A stretch of 64,000 nt of DNA from Candidatus Micrarchaeota archaeon. Lineage in GTDB: Archaea; Micrarchaeota; Micrarchaeia; Micrarchaeales; CABMGC01. Below are positions 16,859 to 25,937 of the stretch, in pieces (within the stretch, counting starts at the first letter, position 1; each line of letters starts with the position of its first letter). Where the stretch lies: assembly GCA_021818925.1 (NCBI GenBank), contig JAKASU010000001.1, forward strand, positions 1,478 through 65,477, given 5' to 3'. The position numbers were made by a program, and so were the translations under genes. The notes below the pieces were generated by a model. The model had not been told where the DNA came from. It worked only from the letters and a program-made list of their open reading frames with translations, and did not search any database.

Positions 16859-17843
16859 ATACGCAATAGAGATAAATGGCCTTGTCAAGAAATTCGGAGA
16901 CCTGACCGCAGTAAACGGCGTAAACCTAAGGATAAAGAAGGGCGAGATTTTCGGTCTGTTGGGTCCAAACGGCGCCGGCAAGAGCACCACCATAAACATG
17001 CTCCTTGGCCTTCTGGCGCCCACCTCGGGCAAGATATCGGTGAATGGCATAGATATGCTAAAGAACCCGGAGAGGGCAAAGGGTCAGATAGGCATAGTGA
17101 CGCAGGAAACGGTCGTTGAGCCGGAGCTCACCGCTGAGGACAACTTGATGATCTTCGGCAGGCTGTACCAAATACCTGCAGATGAGCTTCGGAAGGACAT
17201 AGATTTCGCGCTCAAGCTATCAGATCTCGAGAGTTTCAGGAAGGCGTACGCCGGCACCTTCTCCGGCGGTATGAAGCGCAGGCTCGAGACGGCTAAGGCG
17301 CTCATGCACGCGCCGCAAATCCTCCTGCTTGACGAGCCCACGACCGGACTGGACGTTCAGAACAGGACGAAAATCTGGGAGCTGCTTAGGAAGATAAACA
17401 AGGAGGATAACGTGACTATACTCATGACTACTCAGTACCTGGAGGAGGCCGACCAGCTCTGCAACCGCATCGCAATAATAGACCACGGCAAGCTCATAGC
17501 GCTGGGCACGCCTTCGGAGCTTAGGCAGAAGATAGGAATGAGCACGATACTCGAGGTGTCTGGCGACAAGGAAATGCTGCCTAAGATAGCCCAGATGTTC
17601 AGAAAGGCGGGACTTGAGCCGCAGACGCTAACCAACAAGGTGCTCGCCTCTGCTGGCTCCAAGCCCGTTGAGAAGATAGAAAAGATACTGAAACTGCTCT
17701 CAGCGAGCAAGATAGACGTCCGCAACGTCAGCCTTCACGAACCTACTATAGATGACGTGTTCCTAAAGCTGACCGGGTCCGAGGTCAGGGACGAGACGGG
17801 TAGCTTCAAGGGTGGCAGAGGAATGATAATGAGAAGAGGATAG
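16842..17843 (+). CDS. ABC transporter ATP-binding protein (ABC-2/DrrA-like)
   Basis: Walker A is GPNGAGKST, the signature is FSGGMKRR and Walker B is LLLDEPTTGLD. The gene overlaps the padR 3' end. Confidence 0.9.
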   Translation: MLSLSEYAIEINGLVKKFGDLTAVNGVNLRIKKGEIFGLLGPNGAGKSTTINMLLGLLAPTSGKISVNGIDMLKNPERAKGQIGIVTQETVVEPELTAEDNLMIFGRLYQIPADELRKDIDFALKLSDLESFRKAYAGTFSGGMKRRLETAKALMHAPQILLLDEPTTGLDVQNRTKIWELLRKINKEDNVTILMTTQYLEEADQLCNRIAIIDHGKLIALGTPSELRQKIGMSTILEVSGDKEMLPKIAQMFRKAGLEPQTLTNKVLASAGSKPVEKIEKILKLLSASKIDVRNVSLHEPTIDDVFLKLTGSEVRDETGSFKGGRGMIMRRG

Positions 17844-17848
17844 ATGAG

Positions 17849-18979
17849 ATGGGACTGCTAAACGACACGTACACGCTGCTCCTCAGGGAACTTCTCATCT
17901 TCAAGAAGAACTTCAAGGTGAACATCATCAGGTCGATGATCTTCCCGATAATATTTATCATACTGCTTGGAGCCTTCGGCAGCACCCCGAAGAACGTGCC
18001 CGTCGCCCTTGTCAACTACGACAACGGGCCCGCATCGTTGCAGTTCATGAACCTGCTCCAGTCAGGCAACAGCGTAAGGGTCGTGAGCTCCACAACGCAG
18101 CAGGCGGCAATGAACCTTCTGTCCGAGGGCGATGTCGCGGCGGTTATCGTGATACCAGGCGGATTCTCCAGGTCCCAGATTCCAAAACCCGACGTGTACG
18201 TTTATCTTGACAACTCACAACCCCAATCTGCGGTCGTTGTGAACCAGGTAGTCAACCAAGCGTCATCAGAGATGGCCGGCAGGCTTGCCGCAGGTACGGC
18301 GCCAGGTTCCACGCCCAACCCCGTGCCCGTAGTCAGCAACTATGCGTATGGCGCGGCGAGCAACTATGAGAGCTTCGTGGTGGGGGGCTTGGTGATAATG
18401 GTTGCTGCTTTCGGTTCCGTGTTCAGCGCGGGCTTCAGCGTTATCAGCGACAGGGAGCTTGGCAACCTCAAAGCGTTCCTCACCACCCCTATAAACAAGT
18501 TCGCGATACTGCTTAGCAAGATAGGCTACGGCACTATGCAGTCGCTTCTCAGCGCATACATAGGCCTTGCCATCGGCATAGCGCTGGGCGCAACCGTGGC
18601 CGCGGGCTTCATAGGTCTGCTGGAACTGATCTGGATAGTGTTTCTCGTAGGGCTCGGATTCGGTTCGCTCTCAATTGCGCTTGCAGCAAGGTCAAAGCAG
18701 CTCCAGACGTATGCGCTCATAGGCCAAACAATCGTCATGCCGACCGCATTCCTGGGCGGAGCTTTCGTGCCTATATCGCTGCTGCCCCCTGTGCTGCAGT
18801 CTGTCTCGGTTGTAAACCCGCTCACATACGCTGTGAACGCCGTCAGGGCTGTGATGATAAAGGGATCGTTGCCCCTGGGTGACCTGGTGGTTGATTCGGC
18901 TGTGCTTCTGGCATTCGCAGCCGTCATGGTCGCGATAGCATTCGTGCTCTTCAGGAACACAAGCGAACAGTTATCTTGA
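17849..18979 (+). CDS. ABC-2 type transporter permease
   Basis: The layout is an N-terminal TM, a large loop, then 5 TM segments. It lies immediately downstream of the ATPase. Confidence 0.8.
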   Translation: MGLLNDTYTLLLRELLIFKKNFKVNIIRSMIFPIIFIILLGAFGSTPKNVPVALVNYDNGPASLQFMNLLQSGNSVRVVSSTTQQAAMNLLSEGDVAAVIVIPGGFSRSQIPKPDVYVYLDNSQPQSAVVVNQVVNQASSEMAGRLAAGTAPGSTPNPVPVVSNYAYGAASNYESFVVGGLVIMVAAFGSVFSAGFSVISDRELGNLKAFLTTPINKFAILLSKIGYGTMQSLLSAYIGLAIGIALGATVAAGFIGLLELIWIVFLVGLGFGSLSIALAARSKQLQTYALIGQTIVMPTAFLGGAFVPISLLPPVLQSVSVVNPLTYAVNAVRAVMIKGSLPLGDLVVDSAVLLAFAAVMVAIAFVLFRNTSEQLS

Positions 18980-19005
18980 TTTACGTTGATATTTTGGTGA
19001 AATAA

Positions 19006-20223
19006 ATGAACAAAAAAATTCTCTGGATGTTTGCGATGTTTATGGTGCTAGCCGGAGCCGTAGGAGCACAATCAGTGCTAGACAACTCACTGTCTTTGCA
19101 CAACGTGTCCGTGTATCCAAATCCTGTGTTGGCCGGAGGAAACGTTACGATCAGGTTCCAGCTTTACGACTCGTACGGATCGTTCGTTCAGACGATAAAC
19201 CTTCAGGCCGAAGGCAGCTATCCTCTGTTGAACGTTTCGCCTTCTAACACAACCGACATATCTGAGGTCAATCCCGGAGTTAACAAGCCATATTACAGCT
19301 ACACGTTGCACATACCTGCAACGGCGCCTTCCGGGGAATACAAGATCTACTTCAACGCCAGCTACTACGGCCTAGGCGCGACGGAGATGGTGGCGTCATC
19401 ATCGATGCCTGTCAGCTTCTATGTGCAGAACAAGCCCGAAATAAAAGCGCTGCTCTCCAACCCCTCGCCCTCCGCCCTGTACTCCGGCTACAACCAGACC
19501 GTTGGGCTTGTGGTGGAGAATACGGGCTACGGCACCGCGAGGAATGTAAGTGTAGACCTGGTGTCCGGGACGGGAATTAACATACTCAGCTCCGTCTCCA
19601 AATTCTTCATCTCCAACCTGACCCAAGGCCAGAGCGTAACGGAGCCAATCCTGGTGAGTGCAAAGAACACAGGTAATGCGAGCATATATGTCGGCTTATC
19701 CTATTACTCATCCACATTTTCGCAGCATTTCTCGAGCGTGCAGGATGTCAACCTTTCGATAGCGCCTTCTGCGCAGTTCAGCATAAGCTCGCAGGCAGGG
19801 CAGAGCGTAGGATCCGGTGCAACCGACGTGCCTGTAAGTTTCGATATACGCAACACGGGCACAAGCGACGCTTCGCAGCTTCAGCTTAGCCTGGAGTCAA
19901 ACTACCCGATAACGCCGGTGGCAAGCACCGCATACATATCCAATCTCCCCGTAGGCGCATCGCAGAATGTTACCTTCCTGGTGAGCGTGGACTCTCAGGG
20001 CGTGCCCGGTAACTATCCTGTCACACTGTACGAGCAGTGGAAGCAGCCCAACGGCGCTGCGAACCAGCAGTTCTCCGGCTCTGAAAACTATTTCGTGAAC
20101 GTCGGCAACCAGACCAGCACAGTTACGCTGGCTGTGGCCATCATAGTTGTGATTGCGGTAGCGGGATTTGTGGTGTACAGGATGAGGTCAAGGCACGCGC
20201 AGAAGCAGGCGAAGAAGAAGTGA
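19006..20223 (+). CDS. Secreted, C-terminally anchored surface protein with CARDB/COG1361-like beta-sandwich repeats
   Basis: The Sec signal is MNKKILWMFAMFMVLAGAVGAQS. Repeated ..V.NTG...A.NV.V.L.. units are present. The C-terminal TM plus basic tail reads AIIVVIAVAGFVVYRMRSRH. There are many N-X-S/T sequons. Confidence 0.65.
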   Translation: MNKKILWMFAMFMVLAGAVGAQSVLDNSLSLHNVSVYPNPVLAGGNVTIRFQLYDSYGSFVQTINLQAEGSYPLLNVSPSNTTDISEVNPGVNKPYYSYTLHIPATAPSGEYKIYFNASYYGLGATEMVASSSMPVSFYVQNKPEIKALLSNPSPSALYSGYNQTVGLVVENTGYGTARNVSVDLVSGTGINILSSVSKFFISNLTQGQSVTEPILVSAKNTGNASIYVGLSYYSSTFSQHFSSVQDVNLSIAPSAQFSISSQAGQSVGSGATDVPVSFDIRNTGTSDASQLQLSLESNYPITPVASTAYISNLPVGASQNVTFLVSVDSQGVPGNYPVTLYEQWKQPNGAANQQFSGSENYFVNVGNQTSTVTLAVAIIVVIAVAGFVVYRMRSRHAQKQAKKK

Positions 20224-20371
20224 TTATGTAGAAAGGAAAAAGTCCAATATCGTAAAATACACCATGTGTTGGAAGTCGCTGTGAGCATAGCAACATACAC
20301 GGCGTTCTTGGCGCAGGCCTGATTGCGTTGCTTTATATATTGTACTCACTTATGATAATTCAGGAATAGAA

Positions 20372-21109
20372 ATGGGAATTGACGTTATAAAGCTCGTAGG
20401 GGACAGTTTCAACACTCTGCTGAAGAACAGGACGGTTATGATATTCGCGCTGATAAGCGCGTTGCTTGGATCAGCCTTCTCTTTGGCTACGATGTCGCAG
20501 GTGCAGTCGCTGAAAAACCTCGGCACAGGATCCGCGCTCTCCAGCGTTCTTCCCATTATCTTCTCCGTGCTCGGCACGTTCCTGATAGGCATAATAATCC
20601 TGTACCTCATAAGCGTCTTTCTGTTAGGATCGATGATGGTCGCTGCCAGCGACTCAAAGAAGAGCATTGGCGATGCGGCAAGCCAGTCGATAAGCAGGTA
20701 CCTGGTCTTCCTTGTGACGAGCGTTGTAACCAGTATAATAACTGTTATAGGGCTCATACTCTTTGTCATACCTGGCATATTCCTTGGCGTCAAACTGAGC
20801 CTCGCCTCCGCTGAGGCTATGGTCGGCAAGAAGGGGGTTGTTGACTCGCTGAAGGCCAGCTGGAGCGCCACGACGGGCAACTTCTGGGGCATATTCTTCG
20901 CCTTCCTGGTGACGATTATAGCGATCTATATCATATCAATCATAGCGGTCCTGGTCTTCACCATAGTAGGACTCACGCCTGTGGGCACCTTCATAGGCAC
21001 GTTCTTCGGCTACGCGATAACCGTGCTGATAGTCCTGATCTACCTCTCTGTCTCCCCGAAGCCGGCGATGAGGGCTGCGAAGAAGGGGAAGAAGCAAGCA
21101 GTGAATTAA
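20372..21109 (+). CDS. Polytopic membrane protein (family unknown)
   Basis: It has about 6 hydrophobic helices and a basic C-terminal tail. Confidence 0.55.
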   Translation: MGIDVIKLVGDSFNTLLKNRTVMIFALISALLGSAFSLATMSQVQSLKNLGTGSALSSVLPIIFSVLGTFLIGIIILYLISVFLLGSMMVAASDSKKSIGDAASQSISRYLVFLVTSVVTSIITVIGLILFVIPGIFLGVKLSLASAEAMVGKKGVVDSLKASWSATTGNFWGIFFAFLVTIIAIYIISIIAVLVFTIVGLTPVGTFIGTFFGYAITVLIVLIYLSVSPKPAMRAAKKGKKQAVN

Positions 21110-21262
21110 ATGGCTCTAAGCACACCGCAGCAGCAGGCAGGAATACTCAGCTTCTATGATGCGCCTGAGCGCGGACCGAAGGTGAGCGCCAAGATCCTGA
21201 TAATCGCGGTGGCGCTATTCACCCTCTTCATAATAATCTTCGACCACTTCGCGGCGCTTTGA
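21110..21262 (+). CDS. secG: Preprotein translocase subunit Sec61-beta/SecG (not in the ORF track; 50 aa)
   Basis: Manual translation gives MALSTPQQQAGILSFYDAPERGPKVSAKILIIAVALFTLFIIIFDHFAAL. It shows the archaeal Sec61-beta pattern (G-L-x-x-[FY]-Y-D/E..P..V) and a tail anchor. The junction with the upstream gene is TAAATG. Confidence 0.7.
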   Translation: MALSTPQQQAGILSFYDAPERGPKVSAKILIIAVALFTLFIIIFDHFAAL

Positions 21263-21361
21263 ACGCACAGGTCTCTGTTCTCAAAATCAACAAAAACAGT
21301 GTGTGTTTTGTAAATTATGTCAATGTTAATAAATGCCGAAAATAATAGTCAATAGATTATC

Positions 21362-22147
21362 ATGGCGATAGGGCGAGAGATAAAGGAACATGCGAATGCT
21401 GCAGTGAGCGCTTTGAGCGTCGGTGTCATAGGTCTTGGCGTAGCATCTGAAGAGTATGCTGCAGCGCTCAAAGACTCGGTTCGTGGCGTGGTGCCACAGT
21501 ACGTCACCCAGAATGTGCCGCATGTAGTTAACAGCACAGTTACTACAGTTGGCCAGTCGTTTGTACCAAGTACAAGCCAGTTTCTCCTCAATTCTTTGCC
21601 CGGATCGTCTAATGCATGGAGCATATCCTCCAATGGTAGCGTACAAATAGATGTACTCATATCTCCGATAACTAACTTCGTTGATAATGGTAACTGGATG
21701 GCCCAGTTCACAGCAGAAGTGGTGAAATACACAGCGCAGTTCGGGGGCGGTTTTTCGCAATCGGTGCAGTCTCAGCTTCCGATAACGTTGGGTCTTGGAC
21801 AGTCGGCATTCATCAACACAGGAGGCGTAAATGCCACGCAAATAATATTCGATGGCATACAATCAAACTCACAGAACCAACCGAGCAACATATTCACAAT
21901 AATAAACGGGCACTTGCAGAACGTTACCTCAGCCCAGACGCATAGCGCAATCCAGTATGTTCAAGACAGGATTCTGACCAACGCCCAAGCGCTCAATCTC
22001 GTCCACAACCACATCTTACCGTTTGCCAACCAGCTGGTGGCTATAGGTGAGGTAGCTATTGCGGCAGGAATACTGAGCCTTGCTGCTGTCGGCATAAACA
22101 AACTTCTAAGAAAGTCGAGCGGTTCTGAGCGGAGCGATGAATCATAG
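21362..22147 (+). CDS. Hypothetical Q/N/S/T-rich tail-anchored protein (ORFan)
   Basis: The ORF is 261 aa with a C-terminal hydrophobic segment VAIGEVAIAAGILSLAAVGI and an acidic tail. By eye it is more AT-rich with different codon choices from its neighbours. Confidence 0.45.
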   Translation: MAIGREIKEHANAAVSALSVGVIGLGVASEEYAAALKDSVRGVVPQYVTQNVPHVVNSTVTTVGQSFVPSTSQFLLNSLPGSSNAWSISSNGSVQIDVLISPITNFVDNGNWMAQFTAEVVKYTAQFGGGFSQSVQSQLPITLGLGQSAFINTGGVNATQIIFDGIQSNSQNQPSNIFTIINGHLQNVTSAQTHSAIQYVQDRILTNAQALNLVHNHILPFANQLVAIGEVAIAAGILSLAAVGINKLLRKSSGSERSDES

Positions 22148-22183
22148 GACTAAGATATCGGCCACTTCAATGCTCTGCGAGAA

Positions 22184-22990
22184 CTAGATTAGGGTAAACA
22201 CGTCCTTCCTCCTCTCGCTCACGTCGCCCTGCTCGCTTAGCAGGTAGAGCATCGCGCGTATCCCATCCTCCTTGACTCCAGTGGTCTTCACCAGCTCGTC
22301 CACCTTCTTCGGCCCCTCCTTCAGTTCCTTTATCACCTTGCCGCTGTTCTTGTCGAAGAAGGCGCGCAGCACAACATAGAACTTCTTGTTGAACGCCCTT
22401 ATTCCGAGCACCTTGCCGCTCCTTATGCTGTCCTCCAGGGCCAGCGAGAGGCTCGATGCCTCAGTCTCTGTCGGCAGCACGATGTACCCGTCTGTCTCGA
22501 GCTGTATCACGTTCTCGTTCTTTTCTATCTTCGGAGGCGGCGGCACCGGTTTCTGCGGCGCCTGCTCAAAGACCCTGCTGCGGCCGGGTTGCTGTGCAGT
22601 CGCGCCAGGCTTCTTCCTCATGAGGAACTTGTCGTACACCGCTGCGACTATGCCGTACGAGCCCTTCGCCTTTGAAAGGTACACGGCCTTCTTGTCCAGC
22701 AGGCCCTGCAGCGTCTTCTTCTCGCCCTCGTTAAGCAGCTTCGAGACATTGGCTACCGTCCTGTCGGCGTACCGGAGCGTGTCAAGCTTCTTCAGGACGT
22801 TTATCTCTCCGAGCGTGAGGTTCAGCGGCTTGAAGCTCCCCGAAGTGCTGGCCATCTTCGCGAAGAGGAAGGAGCTGTCGTTGTACTTGAGGAACTGCAC
22901 GTCGTCATCCTCCCTGAGCCCGAGCTGCTTCATAACGCTGTCGGGAAGATAGACAATGTACTTGCTGTTCCTAGTCTTGTATATTTTCAA
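22184..22990 (-). CDS. Putative DNA-binding protein (AbrB/SpoVT-like N-terminus plus winged-helix-like segments)
   Basis: The N-terminus KYIVYLPDSVMKQLGLREDDDVQFL is AbrB-like. The C-terminus ELVKTTGVKEDGIRAMLYLLSEQGDV is wH-like. The central part is Pro-rich. Confidence 0.45.
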   Translation of the reverse strand: MKIYKTRNSKYIVYLPDSVMKQLGLREDDDVQFLKYNDSSFLFAKMASTSGSFKPLNLTLGEINVLKKLDTLRYADRTVANVSKLLNEGEKKTLQGLLDKKAVYLSKAKGSYGIVAAVYDKFLMRKKPGATAQQPGRSRVFEQAPQKPVPPPPKIEKNENVIQLETDGYIVLPTETEASSLSLALEDSIRSGKVLGIRAFNKKFYVVLRAFFDKNSGKVIKELKEGPKKVDELVKTTGVKEDGIRAMLYLLSEQGDVSERRKDVFTLI

Positions 22991-23007
22991 TTGACCTACC
23001 GCTACTC

Positions 23008-23016
23008 TTTTTTAAA
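23008..23016. promoter_or_regulatory. TATA-like ttttttaaa in the 45-bp divergent region
   Basis: It lies 20 nt upstream of the argS ATG 23036, which is compatible with a leaderless transcript. Confidence 0.35.
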
Positions 23017-23035
23017 CCCCCTGCGTATTACTACC

Positions 23036-24955
23036 ATGCAAGACTTAAAAGAGTTTGCAGATTCGCCGAGTTCTCTCGTTAAGCGCGAGTTCGTGCGGGC
23101 CCTTGATGATGCAATAAACGCGCTTTACGGGGGCCTGAAAAAGGAGGAAGCGAACATGGAGTTGACGCTTTCCGAGCCCACGGAGCTCAACCTTGGCGAT
23201 ATAAGCTCGTCCATCGCGTTCAAGCTCGCGAAGATAGCAAAGACAAGTCCTGTTGGGATAGCGAAGGAGATAGCGAAAAGCGCAAAGCCGACAGAGCACA
23301 TATTGCGGTTCGAGGATGCTAACGGCTACGTGAACGCCTTCGTGGACGAGAAGAAGTACGCGGAGCTGGTGCTGCGCGACATAACGAAGCGCGCCAAGGG
23401 CTACGGCAGGAGCGGCGTGGGCAAGCACCAGAAGGTAATAGTGGAGTACCCTAGCGTCAACCCTGCGCACCCGTGGCACGTGGGCCATCTCAGGAACGCG
23501 CTGCTAGGAAGCGTGATATCCAACATACTTGAGGCGTGCTCCTACGATGTCGAGCGCGAGGACTACATAGACGACCTGGGCCTGCAGGTCGCAACCGCGC
23601 TCTGGGGCTGGAATAATATGGGCAAGTATTCGGGAAGCATGAAGTTCGACCAGTGGCTCGGCGAGCTCTACGTGAAGGTGAACGCAGAGATGCAGAAAAG
23701 GCCGGAGGTCAAGCAGGAGATCGACGGTCTTGTGAAGAAGCTAGAGGAGGTAGGGTCGCAGGAGTCCAGGACCGGCAGGGAGATTGCGGAGAGGTGCGTC
23801 GCCGCGCACCAGCAGACCGCGTTCGCGTACGGCATCTATCATGATGTTATGATATGGGAGAGCGACATAGTAAAGGCACACCTGCTGAGCAAGGCCCTTG
23901 ACGTCTCTTCCGAGATACTCGAGAAGCCGGGCGAGGGCAAGTATGCCGGCGCGATAATAGTCAAGCTCGACAAGATAGCTCCGCTCGCTAGGGAGCTGGA
24001 GGGGAGCAGGGAGGACGCGAAGGTGATAATAAGGAGCAACGGCGCAGCCACGTACATAGGCAAGGATTTTGCGTTCCATGCCTGGAAGTTCGGCCTGATA
24101 GACGCGGGCTTCAGGTACAAGAAGTTCATAGAGCAGCCAAACGGCAAGGCGATATACAGCACATCGTCCGAAGGCAGCAGCATGAAGTTCGGTAACGTGA
24201 AGCGCGCCATCAACATAATCGACATAGGCCAGACGTACGAGCAGCTCATAATGCGCGTGATGTTCTCGCTTATAGGCCACAGGGAGATAACAGACAACAT
24301 AGTGCATCTCGCGTACGGGAAGGTGAACATAGAGGGCGAGAAGCTCAGCGGAAGAGCCGGCAACTGGCTCGGCGAGGGCCGCAACTACACCGCCGACGAC
24401 CTGCTTAGCGAGGCAACAAAGCGCGCAATGGAGATAGCGCAGAAGAGCGAGAAAATTTCCAACAAGGAGAGCGTAGAGCAGATAGCGAGGGCGATAGCGC
24501 TCAGCGCGGTCAAGTTCGAGTATCTGCGCGTGGCCCCTGAGAAGGAGATAGTCTTCTCGTGGAACACTGCGCTCAACTTCGAGGGCAACAGCGGGCCGTA
24601 TGTCATGTACACCTACGCCAGGGCCAGGAAGATACTGGCTCGCGGGAACTTCACCTCGCAAGACCTCTCTCAGGGCGACATAAGCGAGGTAACAAGAGGC
24701 TACGATTTCGCGCTGATAAAGAAGATGGGAGAGGCGCAGGAAGTTGTGGAGAAGGCGTGCGCAGAGTCGAGGCCCAACGTGCTTACCGATTACCTGCTTG
24801 ACCTATCGTCGCTATTCAGTAAGTTCTACGAGAGCATGCCGGTGCTCAAGGGAGAAAGGGCCAGGGAGGTAAGGCTCGCGATCGTCTTCGCGCTCACCGT
24901 CGTGCTCGAAAATTCGCTAAGCCTGCTGGGAATAAGCACGGTAAGCGAGATGTAA
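23036..24955 (+). CDS. argS: Arginine--tRNA ligase
   Basis: Motifs are SVNPAHPWHVGHLRNALLG (HIGH-like) and the DALR-type anticodon-binding C-terminus. ATG 23036 is preferred over the track start 22991. Confidence 0.9.
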   Translation: MQDLKEFADSPSSLVKREFVRALDDAINALYGGLKKEEANMELTLSEPTELNLGDISSSIAFKLAKIAKTSPVGIAKEIAKSAKPTEHILRFEDANGYVNAFVDEKKYAELVLRDITKRAKGYGRSGVGKHQKVIVEYPSVNPAHPWHVGHLRNALLGSVISNILEACSYDVEREDYIDDLGLQVATALWGWNNMGKYSGSMKFDQWLGELYVKVNAEMQKRPEVKQEIDGLVKKLEEVGSQESRTGREIAERCVAAHQQTAFAYGIYHDVMIWESDIVKAHLLSKALDVSSEILEKPGEGKYAGAIIVKLDKIAPLARELEGSREDAKVIIRSNGAATYIGKDFAFHAWKFGLIDAGFRYKKFIEQPNGKAIYSTSSEGSSMKFGNVKRAINIIDIGQTYEQLIMRVMFSLIGHREITDNIVHLAYGKVNIEGEKLSGRAGNWLGEGRNYTADDLLSEATKRAMEIAQKSEKISNKESVEQIARAIALSAVKFEYLRVAPEKEIVFSWNTALNFEGNSGPYVMYTYARARKILARGNFTSQDLSQGDISEVTRGYDFALIKKMGEAQEVVEKACAESRPNVLTDYLLDLSSLFSKFYESMPVLKGERAREVRLAIVFALTVVLENSLSLLGISTVSEM

Positions 24956-24989
24956 AGCGTAAATAAACCCGTATACCATGTGATAGCGA

Positions 24990-25064
24990 GGGTCCGTAGC
25001 TCAGCTTGGACAGAGCGACACCGTCCTAAGGTGAGGGTCGCGGGTTCAAATCCCGCCGGGCCCG
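24990..25064 (+). tRNA. tRNA-Arg (anticodon CCU)
   Basis: The hand fold gives acceptor GGGTCCG/CGGGCCC, D stem GCTC/GAGC, anticodon loop GTCCTAA (CCU) and T arm GCGGG-TTCAAAT-CCCGC. There is one A-A mismatch at the top of the anticodon stem. Confidence 0.8.
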
Positions 25065-25153
25065 TAGCATTTTTGATTTGCGTAAGCGCACCTGCGAATT
25101 AATGCAATTGTATTAAAAGCATTCCACGAATAGAGGTAAATGAGGAGTAGAAA

Positions 25154-25897
25154 ATGCGCCCTTACATGATCAGAGTAAGCTCGATTAAGGGCGGAGTAGG
25201 CAAGAGCGTGATTGCTACCAACCTTTCCGTGGCGCTCAAGCAGGAAGGCTACAATGTGCTGCTCGTCGATGCCGATTTTTCGAACCCCTGTGTCGGAATA
25301 TATCTCGGGATGGAGAGCGTCAACCGCGGATTTCAGGACGTTGTGAAGGGAAAAGCGGATCCTGCAGAGGTGATAATCGCCCACACCCCGAGCGGAGTAA
25401 AGGTGCTCATCCAGGTGATAACGGGTGAACAGATGCAGATGACTGAAGAGGAAGCCGGCGCGACAAACAAACTGCTGAGAAGCCTTGATTACGACTTTGT
25501 CATAGTAGACACGCAACCAGGGATTCAGTGGTCAGCAGCGCTTGACTCGTATGACGAGGCCCTGATCGTGACCCTGCCAACAGAGGCATCGTGCGTCAGC
25601 GCCATCAGGCTGCTAGAGCATTACAGGAAGGCGAACGTCAAGACCTCGATCGTTGTGAACAGGTTCACAAACGAGGAGTTCGACCTCAGCATAGACGACA
25701 TAGAAAAGATATGCGAGGAGAAGGTGATCTCTGTACTGAGCGAGGACGACAACGTCAGGGTCGCCGTATCGCAAAGCACCCCTGTGTACATGTTCAATTC
25801 CGGGTCGCCCTTTTCTGTGGGCGTAAGGAACCTCGCCGCTTTACTCGCGTCCAGAATAGAACAACCGTCCAAACCCTCAAACCCGACGCCCCAGTAA
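25154..25897 (+). CDS. MinD/ParA-family P-loop ATPase
   Basis: The deviant Walker A is SIKGGVGKSV, followed by VLLVDADF. Confidence 0.8.
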   Translation: MRPYMIRVSSIKGGVGKSVIATNLSVALKQEGYNVLLVDADFSNPCVGIYLGMESVNRGFQDVVKGKADPAEVIIAHTPSGVKVLIQVITGEQMQMTEEEAGATNKLLRSLDYDFVIVDTQPGIQWSAALDSYDEALIVTLPTEASCVSAIRLLEHYRKANVKTSIVVNRFTNEEFDLSIDDIEKICEEKVISVLSEDDNVRVAVSQSTPVYMFNSGSPFSVGVRNLAALLASRIEQPSKPSNPTPQ

Positions 25898-25937
25898 ACA
25901 AATAAATAGCTTCTTTATCAACTGTTAATGGAATTTG

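Noticed and set aside
21326-21862. Minus-strand 178-aa and 127-aa ORFs opposite the ORFan at 21362-22147
   Set aside because: Their products are rich in Cys, Arg and Tyr and look antisense-like. The plus-strand product has coherent hydrophobic termini. The strand assignment remains only moderately confident.
23741-24661. Long antisense ORFs inside argS. Analogous ones lie inside dpo4 (5603-6265), nth/endoQ (28460-29582), NMD3 (51629-52177) and GT-C (55199-55981)
   Set aside because: Their products are rich in Arg, Leu, Ala, His and Tyr, which is typical of the antisense frame of codon-biased genes. Each overlaps a gene with strong family motifs.
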